From positions 8,680,001 to 8,744,000 of the forward strand of contig CM074515.1 of the NCBI GenBank assembly GCA_037379345.1: 64,000 nt of DNA, in the 5' to 3' direction. The stretch's first letter is position 1. Each line of letters begins with the position of its first letter. The translations under genes were made by a program, and so were the position numbers. The notes under the pieces are model-generated. The model was given only the letters and a program-made list of their open reading frames with translations, was not told the origin of the DNA and did no database searches. Source of the DNA: Perna viridis. Taxonomy: Eukaryota. This document shows, one piece after another, positions 32,801-45,862 of the stretch.

Positions 32801-35800
32801 CCATTCACACTTCACACAATAATTAAAAAATGCTTTAATACAAATTTTTAAGTAACATTGGTGAATTGTTTGTATTTTTTGGTAAAAAAATCTTTCAGAT
32901 ACCAAATATAATTTTGCAAAAATGAAATGTATAACTTAAAAATAAAAATCAGTTCTACTGACCGATAGTACTAGAAACACATAATTTTTTCTGTGCCTTA
33001 TTCCAAATGTGCCATTGAAGGATTTTAATTTTAAATAACCATTAATATTTTTTTTACATTTTAGTTAGAGGTAATTTTTTTATGATGCAGGAATATACAT
33101 GGCTAATTTACTCATTATTTCAAACTTTTTTTTCAGTTATACAGATTAAGTATAATGAAAAGAAATAACTTGAAAAACGTGTCAGATGTATGTTATTGTA
33201 CTTAAATAACTCTGTTTTAGCCATGGAAGGACTTGCCTTGAAAGAGAATATGGTGTCACCTTATGCAGGAGATTTGTTTCATGAGGTAATTCGACATAAT
33301 CATTTCAGTTTTTCCAAATTGTCAATATTTTTCTTCACTTGATATTTGATTAAATTGCATTGATCTTATTATGAGAAATAAACAAAGTTTCAAATGTAAA
33401 TTTCATGCATGGTAGATTGTACAATATACATGTATGCTCAGATAACAACCATTGCAACATTTATTTCTATTTTTAACTCTAACTTTCTTGTATACATATC
33501 TGTTAATCAGACTGGTTTGTGTTTCAGACACCCTTGACAATGAGACTTTTAGGTTTCTTGTCAAAGTTTTCGGACAATACAGTGTTACTGATATTTGTGG
33601 TAAGTTTGTATTGTTTCATACAAATAAACTTCACCTGTACCCACCATCTGGTTTAGGTTACTGAAAGATGTACAGGGTATTGGTTGTATATCTTGGTATC
33701 TGTAAAAAGATCTGCATGCCCACTGTTTTTAATAATTTTGTTCCAGAATAAAAAGAAATGATCCAATTGGTCAAGCCATGCCTAGAAATCAAGTGGTTGA
33801 CAGGGGTGGATTCAGGATTTCAGATAAGGGAGGGTGCATAGTTAAAATTTTGCTGAGTGGAGCGAGGTGAAAAATTTTTTGAGGTTAATTTTTTTAAATA
33901 TTCTTCTAGAGTGGGTGCAATGTAGATATCTTTTGTGGTAAAATTAGCGAAAAATTAAAGTTTCAACTTAAAACCGCCTAAATCTACCCCTGAAACCCAT
34001 GCTGTGCAAATTTTAAAGGGGCGCATACCTGCCACGTCTCCGCCTATTCCACCCCTGGTTGAACTCACAACCCAGAGTTCCTCAAAGGTCTTGTTTTATC
34101 TTAGTCATTAGTTGCAATTTTCTTGCTGCCAATTAACATGCTTTAGGTAAAAGGTATAGAAGGACAAGGAGTGGCTGCCAATTAAAATTGTTTTGGTGAA
34201 AGGTATAATAGGATCCTTGAAGAAATGATATAGAAGCATGTAGTAAGTATAAGGGGTTGTGTTTCTGTCTTTTTTAAGGGAGAAAGGTCAATATATTGAA
34301 TATTTTGGCAAAATGATTTTGTTACTTGCTGTATAAATTGGCTTAAAAATCTTTGATCTTGTTGTATAGTTTAATCTCTAAAGAAACTTATTATTTTTTC
34401 ATGAACTAGTAAATTATCCAAGTGATTAAGTAAAGGCATTGAAGATTTTGTTGTTTTTGTTACTGTAGAAAAGAATGAACATGATGGAAACTAAAATGTA
34501 TAATTTCTGTTTCTGTAGGGTCTTGATGCACTGTGTCTAATGTTACTGATGAAGATAGCTCATTTACACGGTGGTTACCTTGTACGTACATAATATAAGG
34601 AAGATGAAGATAATTCATGTACATAGTAGATACCTCATAAATATACAATATATGGAATGTCAGTATAACCAAAAATTTCTGCAGAAAGACATTTTTGTCA
34701 TTTAAGGCAAATGCAGACATTTTTTATTGTCTGTAGACAAGTGACATCCACTAACAGGACATTAGATTGCAGATTTGTTTTTGAATGAATGCAAAATAAT
34801 GCAAAGTAAACAGATTATACTGTATAGAAAAGGAAAGAATATTGGGGCCTAATCTAGAGGGAGAAATCAGCAGAAACTTCTCCTTGTTAGTACTCACTTT
34901 TACCATTTGTCTTTGATAGGGAGAAATTTTTGTGATAGATTACAGACAAAAATGTCAATATAGTCTTTTTCAAACAGAATTTACTAAAACTTTTCTTTGT
35001 TATCGATGTCTAAATTAGGCCCTGAAAATAATTATGCTTGGTATTTTTGTCAACTATCATGAGTAGAGAGCTTTACTATTGTGTATTAAATTAGCAATCT
35101 TTCTAAGAATCAGACAGGAGGTGATTCATGAATGTCAGAAACCAACAAAATTCACTTTTATTTCTAATTCAGATACAGATACAGACCACATAACAAGTCT
35201 TAGTTTGTCATTCATTGTTGCACTTTTGGATATAATGATGTAGATTGTGTATAAAAATTATCATTTTGCAAGAGTTATCATTCTTGACTTGGTTTGATTT
35301 TGTTGAATATAGTTGGAGATGAATGTATGGTTTTCTATAAAATGCAGGTTTGAATACAGAAAGGACTATTGTTGCATGGATATAAAGCATATGTTTATTA
35401 ATGAATCACATCTACAATAGGCAGTGTCTTAATTTTGTATGGTATGGACTGGTACTTAAATACATGTACAATACATGATAATAACTATGTTGTATGTTTG
35501 GTACTTTCTTTAAGAAAAAAAATATTACATGTGTACATACATTATGAAATTGGGAAAATTTGACTTGATATGCATGTGAAAATGAAATATTTTATGATGT
35601 ATTTACAGTTAAAAAAGCAGGCAAATGAAGTAAAGAAATATGCAACTGACAGCTATAAACTTATCATCAAGTCAGAGGAATTAAGATTAATTGAGTTTTA
35701 CATCATTTTAGCGTAAGTATGTGAACTCATGTTATTATAACAGAATATAGACTACATTCAAAATAGCTTTATACCAGTTTTTTGTTTTATTTAAGTGGAA

Positions 35801-38800
35801 CACTTATGCATTTTCATTACTGTACTGATTCTATGATTTTTTAAATTAATGAATGCAAGTGATGCTTTTCTTTCCATTTATTTGAAACTTTCAATGGAGC
35901 AACCTTAAAGCATTAATTATAATATTAAGGGTGTTGCTACCATATATATAATTAATGGTATATGCTTAGGTGTTAACTTTTGGTAACTTAAACATGTGAT
36001 AAAATATTGGGTTCGCTTGATTAAACAAGATGGCCACCAGAGGCTGTTTTATTAGCATTAATGATGACCTTCACATATTACACATATTCATGTTGAGGGA
36101 AATTCCAATTCAGTACCACAAATATTACAAATTTAATAGTTATAGAAACAGAGTATTTCATTGAGGGCTGTTTATTATCTTATTACTAGAGTCTTGAGAG
36201 TAAAAATTGAACTTGTTGATCCCAAAGGATATACAAGCATCAACGGGTTTTCAAGAAATATCTTTCTGTTGTTTAGGGATAAATACAAATTACTGACACT
36301 TAATTTATTCCCAAAACCAAAATTATACACACAAGATTACATAAATTTACCTTCAACAGGTAGAAAAAGAGCAGCTTAGAAAAAGGAAAATATTATTTTA
36401 TATTCTTAGGTTTTCCTTCAATCCATACAGCATTGGAGCTTGCCTTGCCAAATCAACGGGAATCTTTAACAACTTATCATTATTGTTTGTGTTATACTAC
36501 TTGTTAAAGGGTATGTATTAGGATGGTTGTTGTCCACAAGCATTCTGGGACAGTTATTGTCAACAAAGGACAGTTATTGTCCACAAGCATTCTAGGACAG
36601 GTATTAATTTTTTTTACTATTTTACATTTAATTTTGTAATATTTATTTTTTAACCCAATAAACAGCCCTACTATGTATGTGTGACTAGTTTTTGTGTGAT
36701 TATCTTTGATATACACCTACCTTTATTGCACTTGTGCTATTGTCTTGTTTTGATCAATTAAATTGAGCTAAGACCATTTCAGTATAGACATTTTTATGAA
36801 CAATTTTTCTAGATAAACATTTACTAGTAACATTTGATCAAATAAAAGAAAAGGTAATGTTCTTTTGACATAATTTGGCCTTTTTTTATTTTTTTTTTCT
36901 ACAATCAAAGTATGAAGGGTCCCTCTGTCAATCTACATACCTTTGAAATGCAGCTTTCTAATGTGTTCAATTGAAATTGAAAGAACTTTAATGATGGTTT
37001 CAAGATGTCTTAATCAGATGTAGATGTGTTCAAAGGAATCTAATAATTTTCAAATGTTTGCATGGGGAGATATCTGTTTGACATAATATTACCGGTACCT
37101 ACTGGAAATTTTATCATGCGTATAATAGTTAACATTAGATTATTTGACTCTGAAATTCGCTTCTCAAAAGTATATAGACAGGAAGTAGAACACTGATTTG
37201 ACATAAAACTGATTGATGAGGATGAGAGCAGTAGGAAAATGAGAGGTTTTACTGGTTTGTTTATCTAAGTGTTTGTCAAATCAGTGCACTGTTGTTACTG
37301 CAACAAAAATTTGAAAGAGAAAATAAAGTTTAAAGCAAGAAAAACCATGTTTTTTATATTAAATGTGTGACCTTCTAGTAACTTAAAATATATAACATGT
37401 TACATTATAACAGAGAGTTATGTTCATTCAGTGACTGTATGAATGTTCAATGTATATTGACTTATGTGACCCCAAAAAGAAAAGTTGCAGTATCATAGTA
37501 GATAGAGGTATTCCAAATTGTACCCCAAATATTATTTACTATTACCCTATTACTGACTATTAATATTGTTTTACTTAATTGAGTATAAGTTCTTTAGATC
37601 AATATTTTTTTACAGAAAAGGAAGTGATGTGCTGTTTATTTATTGCCATAGCAACATATTTGTCAGTATATCCATTGATACTCTGTGTACCTGCAGCTAT
37701 ATTCTTTATGCAAACATCCAAATTTAGACAGGTAACTATAGAATATTCTGCATATGAACTACCATTCTATCATTTTATTTTTATTGGCTAGGATGGAATT
37801 TGAAATAAAAAAAAAGGATAAAAAAAGAAACAAAAGCCATTAGAAAAACATTGAAAAGGCAGGGTTTTTTATTGTCCTCATATTTTATTGTTAATATTTT
37901 CATACAAGTGCTAAAAATATTACTGTCATATATAAATGGTATGGTGTTGTCATCGTCTATGTCGTCAGTGTCCATAGACACTTGGTCTTCGAGTGATAAC
38001 TTGAATATCTGTTTGTTGATCTTTATGAAATTGTATAACAAGGTTTTTAACTACAAAAGGAATTTTGGTGTTGGTTTTTGGGGTTTTGGCCCCAACCATT
38101 TTGGAATTAGGGGTCAAAAACAAGCATTTCATGGAATTTAATTTTATAGCTCCAGTAAAAACATAGTAATGTCTATAGTATTGTTTCACAATGTTCTACA
38201 TTACAATAGTCAGACTGGTATTGATTTTGGGGGTTAGGACTTTAACATATTAGAAATTACGGGCCAAAAAGTGGGATGAAAAACATGCCTTTTCCTGTTG
38301 TCCAGACAATAACTTTACTATTAGTGAATCGATTTTTTTTAAATTGTATTATTATACAAGGTTTCATACCACCAAAGAAAGCCTTTGATTGATTTTGGGG
38401 GTTAATACTTGAATCTTTATGGAATTAGGGACCAAAAAGGGACCTAAAACAAGCATTTTCCTTATGTCCAGACAATAACTTGACTAAAAGTGAATGGATC
38501 TTATATATTACTGCAATGTGCCATAGCACTAAAGTAAGACTGGAATTAATACTTTTGGTTTCGAGTAGAGCAAAGTAAATAACAAGGGCAAGACACCACT
38601 AAGTGCAATACGTCCAAAGGAAGGTTGAAATTGATTTGAGGTTTTGACTGGAACCATTTTGGAATAAGGGCCAAATATTTATCTTGTGTCAAATATCTAC
38701 TGTAATCATAATTAAAATTCAAAGTTTTAATGGTGTGTACATACTTGCTTCAACTATTCAGGGTTCAATCTCTGCTATCATATCAAGCTGCACCTTGCAA

Positions 38801-41800
38801 AGCATTTTATTTTGAATGACTGACAATGCTTTTCTCCTAAGAAAAAAAAGCAGGACCTATATTTTGTCAAATGAACAAGTCGGATAGAAAATTTTATCCT
38901 AGCTCCCACTCATCCCCACCCCCTGCCCTTAAAAAAACAAAATGGTTGCTCCTATATGTTGTTGTTTTCCATTTTTATGTATGAATTAGTATTATGTGAG
39001 GTGCAGGTTACCAAACTGTACGACAGGCAAAACATAAACTTAAAAAAAAAAATTCCATGATCAAATAACTGTTTATGGATATAAAAAATAGGTAGTACTG
39101 CATTGCCGGATTAAAGTAGTATGTTTTACCAAGTGGTATTCCAATTTTTATTTAGTACAATATAGAGGAATTTTGCATGAGGTTTTTTCTTCAACGTGAA
39201 ACATTTCTTTTTTCATGTAGTAAGTGTTTCTGTACACATATTTGTATATAGCAGTACTCACTTAGAAATTTTACATGGAACACAATTTTCTTACCAGGTT
39301 TTTCCGGAATACTTTTACCTGGAACACAATTTTTCTGCAAGGCTTTTCCTGAATAATTTGAAAGTATACCTTTACTTTACAGAAGAAGTCATCTAACTCA
39401 GAAATTAGTTACAGTGATAGTCCAGCTATGATGAGCTACATCAGAACCTGTGGAACGTGTATTGTTATAACTCTGACATTGATTTGTATCTCTGCATTTC
39501 TAGAAGGGTCATGGGACTTCATTTCATCAACATATGGTTTCATGTAAGTGTAGCAATAATTAAAGTTCTTTAAGTCTATAAATTAACACATTGATTGGAA
39601 GTTAACCACAAAAAATCACAGGACTCAACAGGAAACACCACACAGATTGAATAATAGGACTCAACAAGAAACACCACATTTATTGAATCATATGATACAA
39701 CAGGCCTTCACCCCACATATTGAAATCCTATTGATATCACTTGCATAACTTATAGGGAATATAAGAAGTCATTAATATTTCATTTTGGTATAAATTGATT
39801 TTTCTTATTGTCAATTTAGGGAGTTTTATACATATTTGGAGTATAACACACCTTTTTTTTACCAATCTGTTTACTTCAATTAAGTAGTCTATGGGTCCAT
39901 GTCTGAAAAAAATTAGATTAAATAATTATTTTATATATTTTGTAATAACTTACTTACCATCCATTTTCAGACTGACTGTCCCTGACCTGACCCCAAATAT
40001 GGGAGTATTCTGGTACTTCTTCACTGAAATGTTTGAACATTTCCGTGTATTCTTTCTATGTGTGTTCCAGATTAATGTAGTGATATATACTGTACCTTTA
40101 TCTGTAAGACTGAAGTAAGTACTTCTCACTATCGTAAACTGGGAATTTTTATGGTGTCTTCTTATGGTAGGAAACTCACTCAAATTGTAGCCAACCCTGA
40201 ATACAATTTTTCAATATATTTACTATATGGCTATATAGATTTTTGCTAAAATTAGCCAGCCCTGCCCTGTCTCGGGCTGGTGGGCAGGCTACTGTTTTTA
40301 ACTCTGGTCTTCTTTGCAGCATACAGATTTTTGCTAAAATTAGCCAGCCCTGCCCTGTCTCGGGCTGGTGGGCAGGCTGCTGTTTCTAACTCTGGTCTTC
40401 TTTGCAGCATCTGCAATCTACCTTCACACAATTTTCAATATTTAATCATTTCTCAAGTTGTATTATAATATTCTTCGAGGGAAATATTTCAGACTGTTTA
40501 ATCTTCATGTCACAGCTCTTACCATAAAAATAGAGAAAATAAAACTACTGTAAATCACGGTTAATGGTATTCTTTTGGAATACAATCAACAGTAATGTCT
40601 TCTTTTTATGTGCAAATTAGTTATAAACATCAATTTCTTGTACGTGTTCTTTTAATTTGCATATCTTTTTCAGAGAACATCCAGTGTTTTTCATGTACAT
40701 TCTGGTTGGTATCATCTGTATATTTAAATCCTATCCAAGCTACAGTGATGTAGGTCTGATGTTGTCATTATTACCTTTATGGAGATATGTATTCCAGTGT
40801 AAGTACTACTTTTAAATCTCTAAAGGTGTTATACTAATTTTGCAGTAAGTGCTTACCATTTCAATACAAAGCTACCTGTAGCTAAACTACTGAATAAGTA
40901 GTCTCCATACTTCGATGAAGGAGATTTTAGGCTTGCACTCCTTTCTTCTGTCTGTCTGTCAGTCTGTCAATGCAGTTTTCTGCTTTTTAGTCCTCTACCG
41001 GCTTTAGCCAAACGGGACTTAAGATTTGCACTTGATCCATCCATCTGTCAGACCTGAAATAAAATTTAAGTCTTCAACACTTTCTTTTCTAAATGTTTGC
41101 AAATATTGAGCTAATTTTTGGTATGTGAGTCAAGCTTGATGAGTTACAGATCAAGATTACGTTTCGTTCCACTTATCTGATTTTTTGCCTGAGTTATTGC
41201 CCTTGAACTTGGAAAAATTTATGGAAATCTGAATTTTCCTTACTTTTTTTCTCAATGCTTGCAGATATTGAGCTATTTTTTGGTATGTGAATTTACCATG
41301 ATGAGTTTCTGATCAAATTAGTTTCGTTCCACTCTGCTGATTTTTGACCGAAGAATTGCCTTTAAAGTTTGAAAAATTTACCGAAATTTAATTCCACACT
41401 TTTTTCCTAAACACTTATATTGAGCTGATTTTTTGTATGTGAGTCTACCCTGATGAGTTATAGATCAACTTTATAATTCATTCTGCTTCACTGATTTTTG
41501 TCCAAGGTAGTATTTGGGTCAGTGATATAAACAGCCGGGAGGGGATTATGTATTGTTTTGCAATACTTTCAGAATGCTTGTTTTTGTGATGCTTCCAGAT
41601 ATTGTTTTTATATTTGATAAATTGCTTTACCATGACAAGTTACATATCAAGTTAGAGTTTTTTAAGCAATTCATTCATTTTTAGTGGAATAATGGCACTT
41701 GAACATAAAAAAATTAGTGCAAAAACTCATTTTCTGCACTTTTTTTTGTCATGCTTGCAAATATTCATTTGATATTTGGTGAATAGTTTTACTTGACAAG

Positions 41801-44526
41801 CTACATATCATGTTCAAATTATGAAATTATTTGCTGAGTTATGGCCCTTTTTTTTGGTAAACAATTATGCATGAAGGTTTTTTTATTACTGGCAAATGAA
41901 TATCATACATTTACATGACATTTTTGTTTATAGATATGAGGAACTCTTTTGTGGTTACCTGTATGTATATATGTACCACTGTATTTGGACCTATTCTATA
42001 TCATCTCTGGATATATGCTGGTAGTGCAAATGCTAATTTTTACTTTGCTACATCATTAGCCTTCTCTACAGCTCAGGTATGGTTATTTTAAATTTTGAAA
42101 ATTTCATATTATTTAACCTACTGATTAACTCTACTTATACTGCAACCGTTCTGTTTGAGCAGTTCAGATGTATTGACTATATTTTCAAGTGAAATACAGT
42201 CACTGACTGAACTTTCTGTTATAACATCACAGACATTACGATGTGGAATACAGTCACTGACTGAACTTTGTGTTGTAACATCACAGACATTACAATGTGA
42301 AATGCAGTCACTGACTGAACTTTGTGTTGTAACATCACAGATATTACAATGTTTTGAAGTTGCTAGGATTTCGTCTGCTTCAAATAAAACCTTTTTTTTT
42401 TGGCTTAAAAAAACGTCATTTTTTTGTTTAAAATTTCGTTGCAGTATTAAGACAATAACAGCTATATAATATTGTAAGATGTAATATGTGATATGAATAA
42501 TTTGTACATGGCGTACATAGGTGACTTATAATAGAAGATTTTGTAGTATCTGTTAAGAGTTCAGTCCTCAGGGGCCATGTCAAAGGAGCTCTCTGAAGAA
42601 TAGGACATGTCTTAGGCTGGTCTTAGGACACATCCTTGTCATGCCAACAAAAGTCTCCTAACTTAAGATACATCCTAAAATTTGTCCTAAAGTTAGAATA
42701 CCTCGATAAGTGTCCTAAGATGATCTTAGGTTACTCCTTAAACTTAAGATGAACTTAAGATGTCATATATTGAAAGAATAACAACAAACATGGCCATTGT
42801 ATAGGTTTATCTCATAAGAAAGAAATAACATTTGAAGAAATGTAGAATTTAGGGACAGAGATAAATCAGATTATTACTTTAAGTCAAATATTCTCCTATA
42901 CTATTATTAATAATATAAGGTACCCTGTTAAAATAGTGTTGCCTTATTCTTCTTAAATTAAGTCAATATAATTTGAATTACACTTTCTGTAAAATTTATA
43001 TTCCTTTCCTTTCTACTGTGATTCATGCAATACGTATTTAGCAACTTTTGAAATTAAAGGTAATGATATCGAGTGGAGGTCTGCTCCAATCTTTTGTGTG
43101 TATCAAATTGGCCATAGGTAGGTATTAGTTTTAAATTGTACATGTATTTGTATGTATTACTTTAATGACAACAATTTCATTAGAATTAATAGTGTTAATT
43201 TTTGTACTATTTTCCAATGCTCTGTATATATTATAAATTTGATATATACCCCTTTCCAATATATTCACCATTCAGTTTTTAATAATTATCAGTCATTAAA
43301 TCATAATAAACATTACATCCTCTTAAGATCAACTTACAATGATCATAGTGAGGATCACCCAATTAATCTTCTGTTTACACCGTACGACGTGTCTCAGACA
43401 TGTCCTAAGACCATTCTAATTTTATTCCTAAGACATGACTTAAGACATATCCTAAGACCATTCTAATTTTATTCCTGAGACATGACTTAAGGCATATCTT
43501 AGGATACTTTCTTTGACATTGCTGCAGATTTGGAAGACTTTCAAGAGCATCTATTTTCTAGACTTAAAATATAGCAAATCAATATACATGTAATTATTTT
43601 GCTTTTAGTTGTTTTACTAGTACATAATCTACCGGTATTCTTATTTTACTGACAAATCCATTTGCCTTCTACAATCCTGTTTTCTATTAAAAACAAAAGC
43701 CATATTTAACAATTAAATCTTGCCATCCATTTATAGTTATATCAGAATGTAAATGACTTGTTTAGTGAGTCTAAGGGTAAAAATCTACTGGTGTTGTGTA
43801 ACAACATGTTTAATCTCTTGATCTGGAAGGTTTAACTTCATGTAATTTAGAGGAAAGGTTTCTGTTAGCCTTCATGTACCGTCCATCATTGATATCTGTC
43901 ATGCCTAGGTGTTTACCTCAGAAATGTTTTTCATTAAAAAACTTGGAGACATATAATTGTTAAAGTTAAGGGCATATAAAAAAAAAATGATTGATTTATT
44001 GCAGCTTTATGTTCTGTGGTAGGTATTACATGCATTTCAGGATAAGAACATTTAATCAATCAAATATATATCCTTCTTAGTCTTACACTCCAAGGCAGAT
44101 TTAAATTATGCTATTTCACAGAAGCAACAACCAGCATGTCACTCCACTCTGAACCAACCAGTCTATTTCCTATATACCTAGTGCTTGGTGGAGAAACAGT
44201 TGCTACCAATTTTAAAGTCTTTGGTCTGACTTGATACTGAATTGAATCTAGGAACTCCCCCTACAGGAAAAAAAGCATGAAGGATTTTTTTTTTAATTAA
44301 TTGAAAGAATAAATCTTTCATGTTCCATTTGTATCTTAATTGTATTACTATGTTTTCTTAAAGATAGATATAAATGTCTGCTTTGTTTATCACTGTCTCT
44401 TTATTTCAGATATTTCTCCTAACAGATCTTTTGTATGGATTCCTCAGAAGAGAGTTTGATCTAGAGAAAGGATTCAAACATGTTGAATTGGAGGATGGCT
44501 CCAAAAAACAAGTCCTGCTAGACTAA
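29829..44526 (+). CDS. PIGU: GPI transamidase subunit PIG-U, 12 exons, about 447 aa
   Basis: Exons: 29829-29961, 33221-33285, 33528-33599, 34519-34581, 35609-35712, 36410-36510, 37616-37731, 39383-39543, 39971-40114, 40674-40798, 41934-42076, 44410-44526. All GT-AG, 1344 nt in frame. Motifs: [87 protein letters not shown]. Confidence 0.95.
30421..32079 (-). mobile_element. TRIM (miniature non-autonomous LTR retrotransposon) in PIGU intron 1
   Basis: On minus: 5' LTR 32079-31914 ending ...CCGTTACA; TT; PBS TGGCGCCCAAC (31911-31901); 94-bp interior; PPT AAGGTGGGGGGGAA (31833-31820). The 3' LTR starts TGTGGCAGAATGG (31819-31807), is interrupted, and resumes at 30577-30421 ending ...CCATAACA. 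Confidence 0.8.
30578..31806. mobile_element. Non-autonomous TG...CA DNA transposon (Ginger-like) inserted in the TRIM 3' LTR
   Basis: Termini TGTCGTATAATATAAGTTCCG (30578) and CGGAACTTATATTATACGACA (31806) form a perfect 21-bp inverted repeat that extends imperfectly to about 85 bp. 4-bp TSD CCAT at 30574-30577 and 31807-31810. Confidence 0.75.
32464..32553. repeat. 90-bp near-perfect inverted repeat (hairpin)
   Basis: TGCACTTGTTTCATATAAAAAATATCATCCC...GGGATAATATTTTTGATATGAAACAAGTGCA; stem of about 31 bp with 2 mismatches. Confidence 0.7.
33801..34057. mobile_element. hAT-type MITE with 5-bp TSD in PIGU intron 3
   Basis: TIRs CAGGGGTGGATTCAGG and CCTATTCCACCCCTG. GTTGA is duplicated at 33796-33800 and 34058-34062. 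Confidence 0.75.
37935..38805 (+). mobile_element. Helentron/HINE-like element with internal tandem repeats in PIGU intron 7
   Basis: GTC-type microsatellite near the start. GGAATTAGGG..CAAAAA, CCAGACAATAACTT and TTGATTTTGGGGGTT units recur about 150-200 bp apart. Confidence 0.55.
40236..40410. repeat. 88-bp tandem duplication
   Basis: TTTTGCTAAAATTAGCCAGCCCTGCCCTGTCTCGGGCTGGTGGGCAGGCT...CTCTGGTCTTCTTTGCAGCAT at 40241 and 40329, nearly identical. Confidence 0.85.
40900..41870 (+). mobile_element. Two nested Helentron/HINE-like elements with internal repeats of about 160 bp in PIGU intron 10
   Basis: Two element heads carry TCTG/TCCA microsatellites (about 40900-40970 and 40985-41050). The unit GCA(A/G)ATATTGAGCT...GATGAGTTA.AGATCAA recurs at about 41099, 41261 and 41417, and more diverged at about 41598 and 41757. 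Confidence 0.55.
42189..42352. repeat. 54-bp minisatellite, 3 copies
   Basis: GTGAAATACAGTCACTGACTGAACTTT...ACATCACAGACATTAC at 42189, 42243 and 42297. Confidence 0.85.
42572..43524. mobile_element. PIF/Harbinger-like MITE in PIGU intron 11
   Basis: Termini GGGCCATGTCAAAG and CTTTGACATTGCTG, flanked by CAG on both sides (42569-42571, 43525-43527). CTTAAG/CCTAAG-rich subterminal repeats at both ends and a duplication of about 43 bp near 43405-43500. Confidence 0.6.
44090..44255 (-). mobile_element. Degenerate fragment of a tRNA-derived bivalve SINE
   Basis: CATGTCACTCCACTC...AACCAGTC...GTGCTTGGTGGAGAA...TACCAATTTTAAAGTCTTTGGT resembles the reverse strand of the central domain of common molluscan SINEs. 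Recognised from memory; no alignment was run. Confidence 0.45.
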
Positions 44527-45039
44527 TTGTTTCTTTGTGTGTAAGACACTAGTCTAATCTAGGGTGCAATGTGTGTTAAAACTCTGCTTATACCTCTTAA
44601 ACATCCCAGTAACTGTCAAGGTACTTTTAAATTTTTTTGCTTTCTATTTTTGCAGATGCTGTTCATTTCAGGAGAGAATTGTAATTTTACTCTATATGAA
44701 GATTAAGAATTATTAGTTGTCAAACCATTTAATAAGTAAAAGATAAAAAGTATCTTCACAGTAAAATGTCTTTAGACAAAGATAGTTTGGTCATAAGTGT
44801 GGTCCTAGATGTTCATGTGCACAAGTTTCTCAAGGTTGATAATACCTTTTTCTATGAATGTGACAATTTTAAGATCCTTAGCATGGCACATGCAATCAAT
44901 ATGGCATCAGTGTATGAATTTGTATAAATGTCATAAGAAAATGTATTTATATAGGTAGGACATTGACAGTCCCTATGCCATGAACTGCTATAGCTAGTTT
45001 TTGCCTACTTCAAGTAGTTTAATGTTAATCTGATAATAT

Positions 45040-45862
45040 TTATACCCCTGCAAATGTTTGGGGGATGTAGGTTTCACCCTGTCTGTCTCTCTGTCTGTCC
45101 AAACTATTTTTCAAGCAGCTTGCGGCACTGTTATGAAATTTTGTGGGATGTAATATAATCATGTGGAGATGTGCATACCATCAACATTTTATGTTTGGAC
45201 AAAAATTGTACAAATGATGGCTGTTGCACTTAGGCTTTTTTCAGCAAAACTTGGTCTGATGCATTGTCTGCAACTTTCCTCAACAAATTTCAGTTTATTA
45301 TGAAACTTAATAAGGTGTTAAAGTGCCATATTGAGATGTACATATTGTCAGGAATTCATGTTTGGACAAAAATGTAGACATGATGGCGGTTGAATTTACG
45401 AGTATTTCAGCAAAACTTGGACTGGTGCATTCTTCTCAACTAAAAAATTTTAAAAATGATGGCTGTTTTTTTTTTCTTTTTTGTTTTTTTTGCTGAACCG
45501 ATGTATTGGCCACAACTTCTCCTCAACGACTTTCAGGATTGTAGTGAAACTTATTGAGGTGTTAAATGACCATATTGGGATGTACATATTGTCAGGAATT
45601 TATTTTTGGACATAAATTGTAGAAATGATGACCATTAGAAATTAGGCATTTTCCTGCAAAACTTGGATTCATGCGTTGCCCGAAACTCCTTATCAACTTG
45701 TAGGAAATCCTGGGATTTGGTGTTGTTTAAGACTTTTTTTTTGTGGGGTGGGGGAGGGGGGCTCAAGTGCAAAATTAAGGTAGATGCATAGGGTGCATTA
45801 TAGGAGGTCTCACAGATTCCTGTTAGTGCATTATAGGAGGTCTCACAGATTCCTGTTAGTCG
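45040..45862 (+). mobile_element. Helentron/DINE-like element with internal tandem repeats
   Basis: Starts TTTATACCCCTGCAAA, then a (TGTC)n microsatellite, then repeated ATGAAA.TT...GAGATGT.CAT...TTTGGACA units (about 45130, 45298, 45540). It ends in a 33-bp duplication GTGCATTATAGGAGGTCTCACAGATTCCTGTTA. Confidence 0.6.

Noticed and set aside
42155-42469. 104-aa ORF with an 18-aa repeat
   Set aside because: Produced by a 54-bp intronic minisatellite; no ATG start or splice support.
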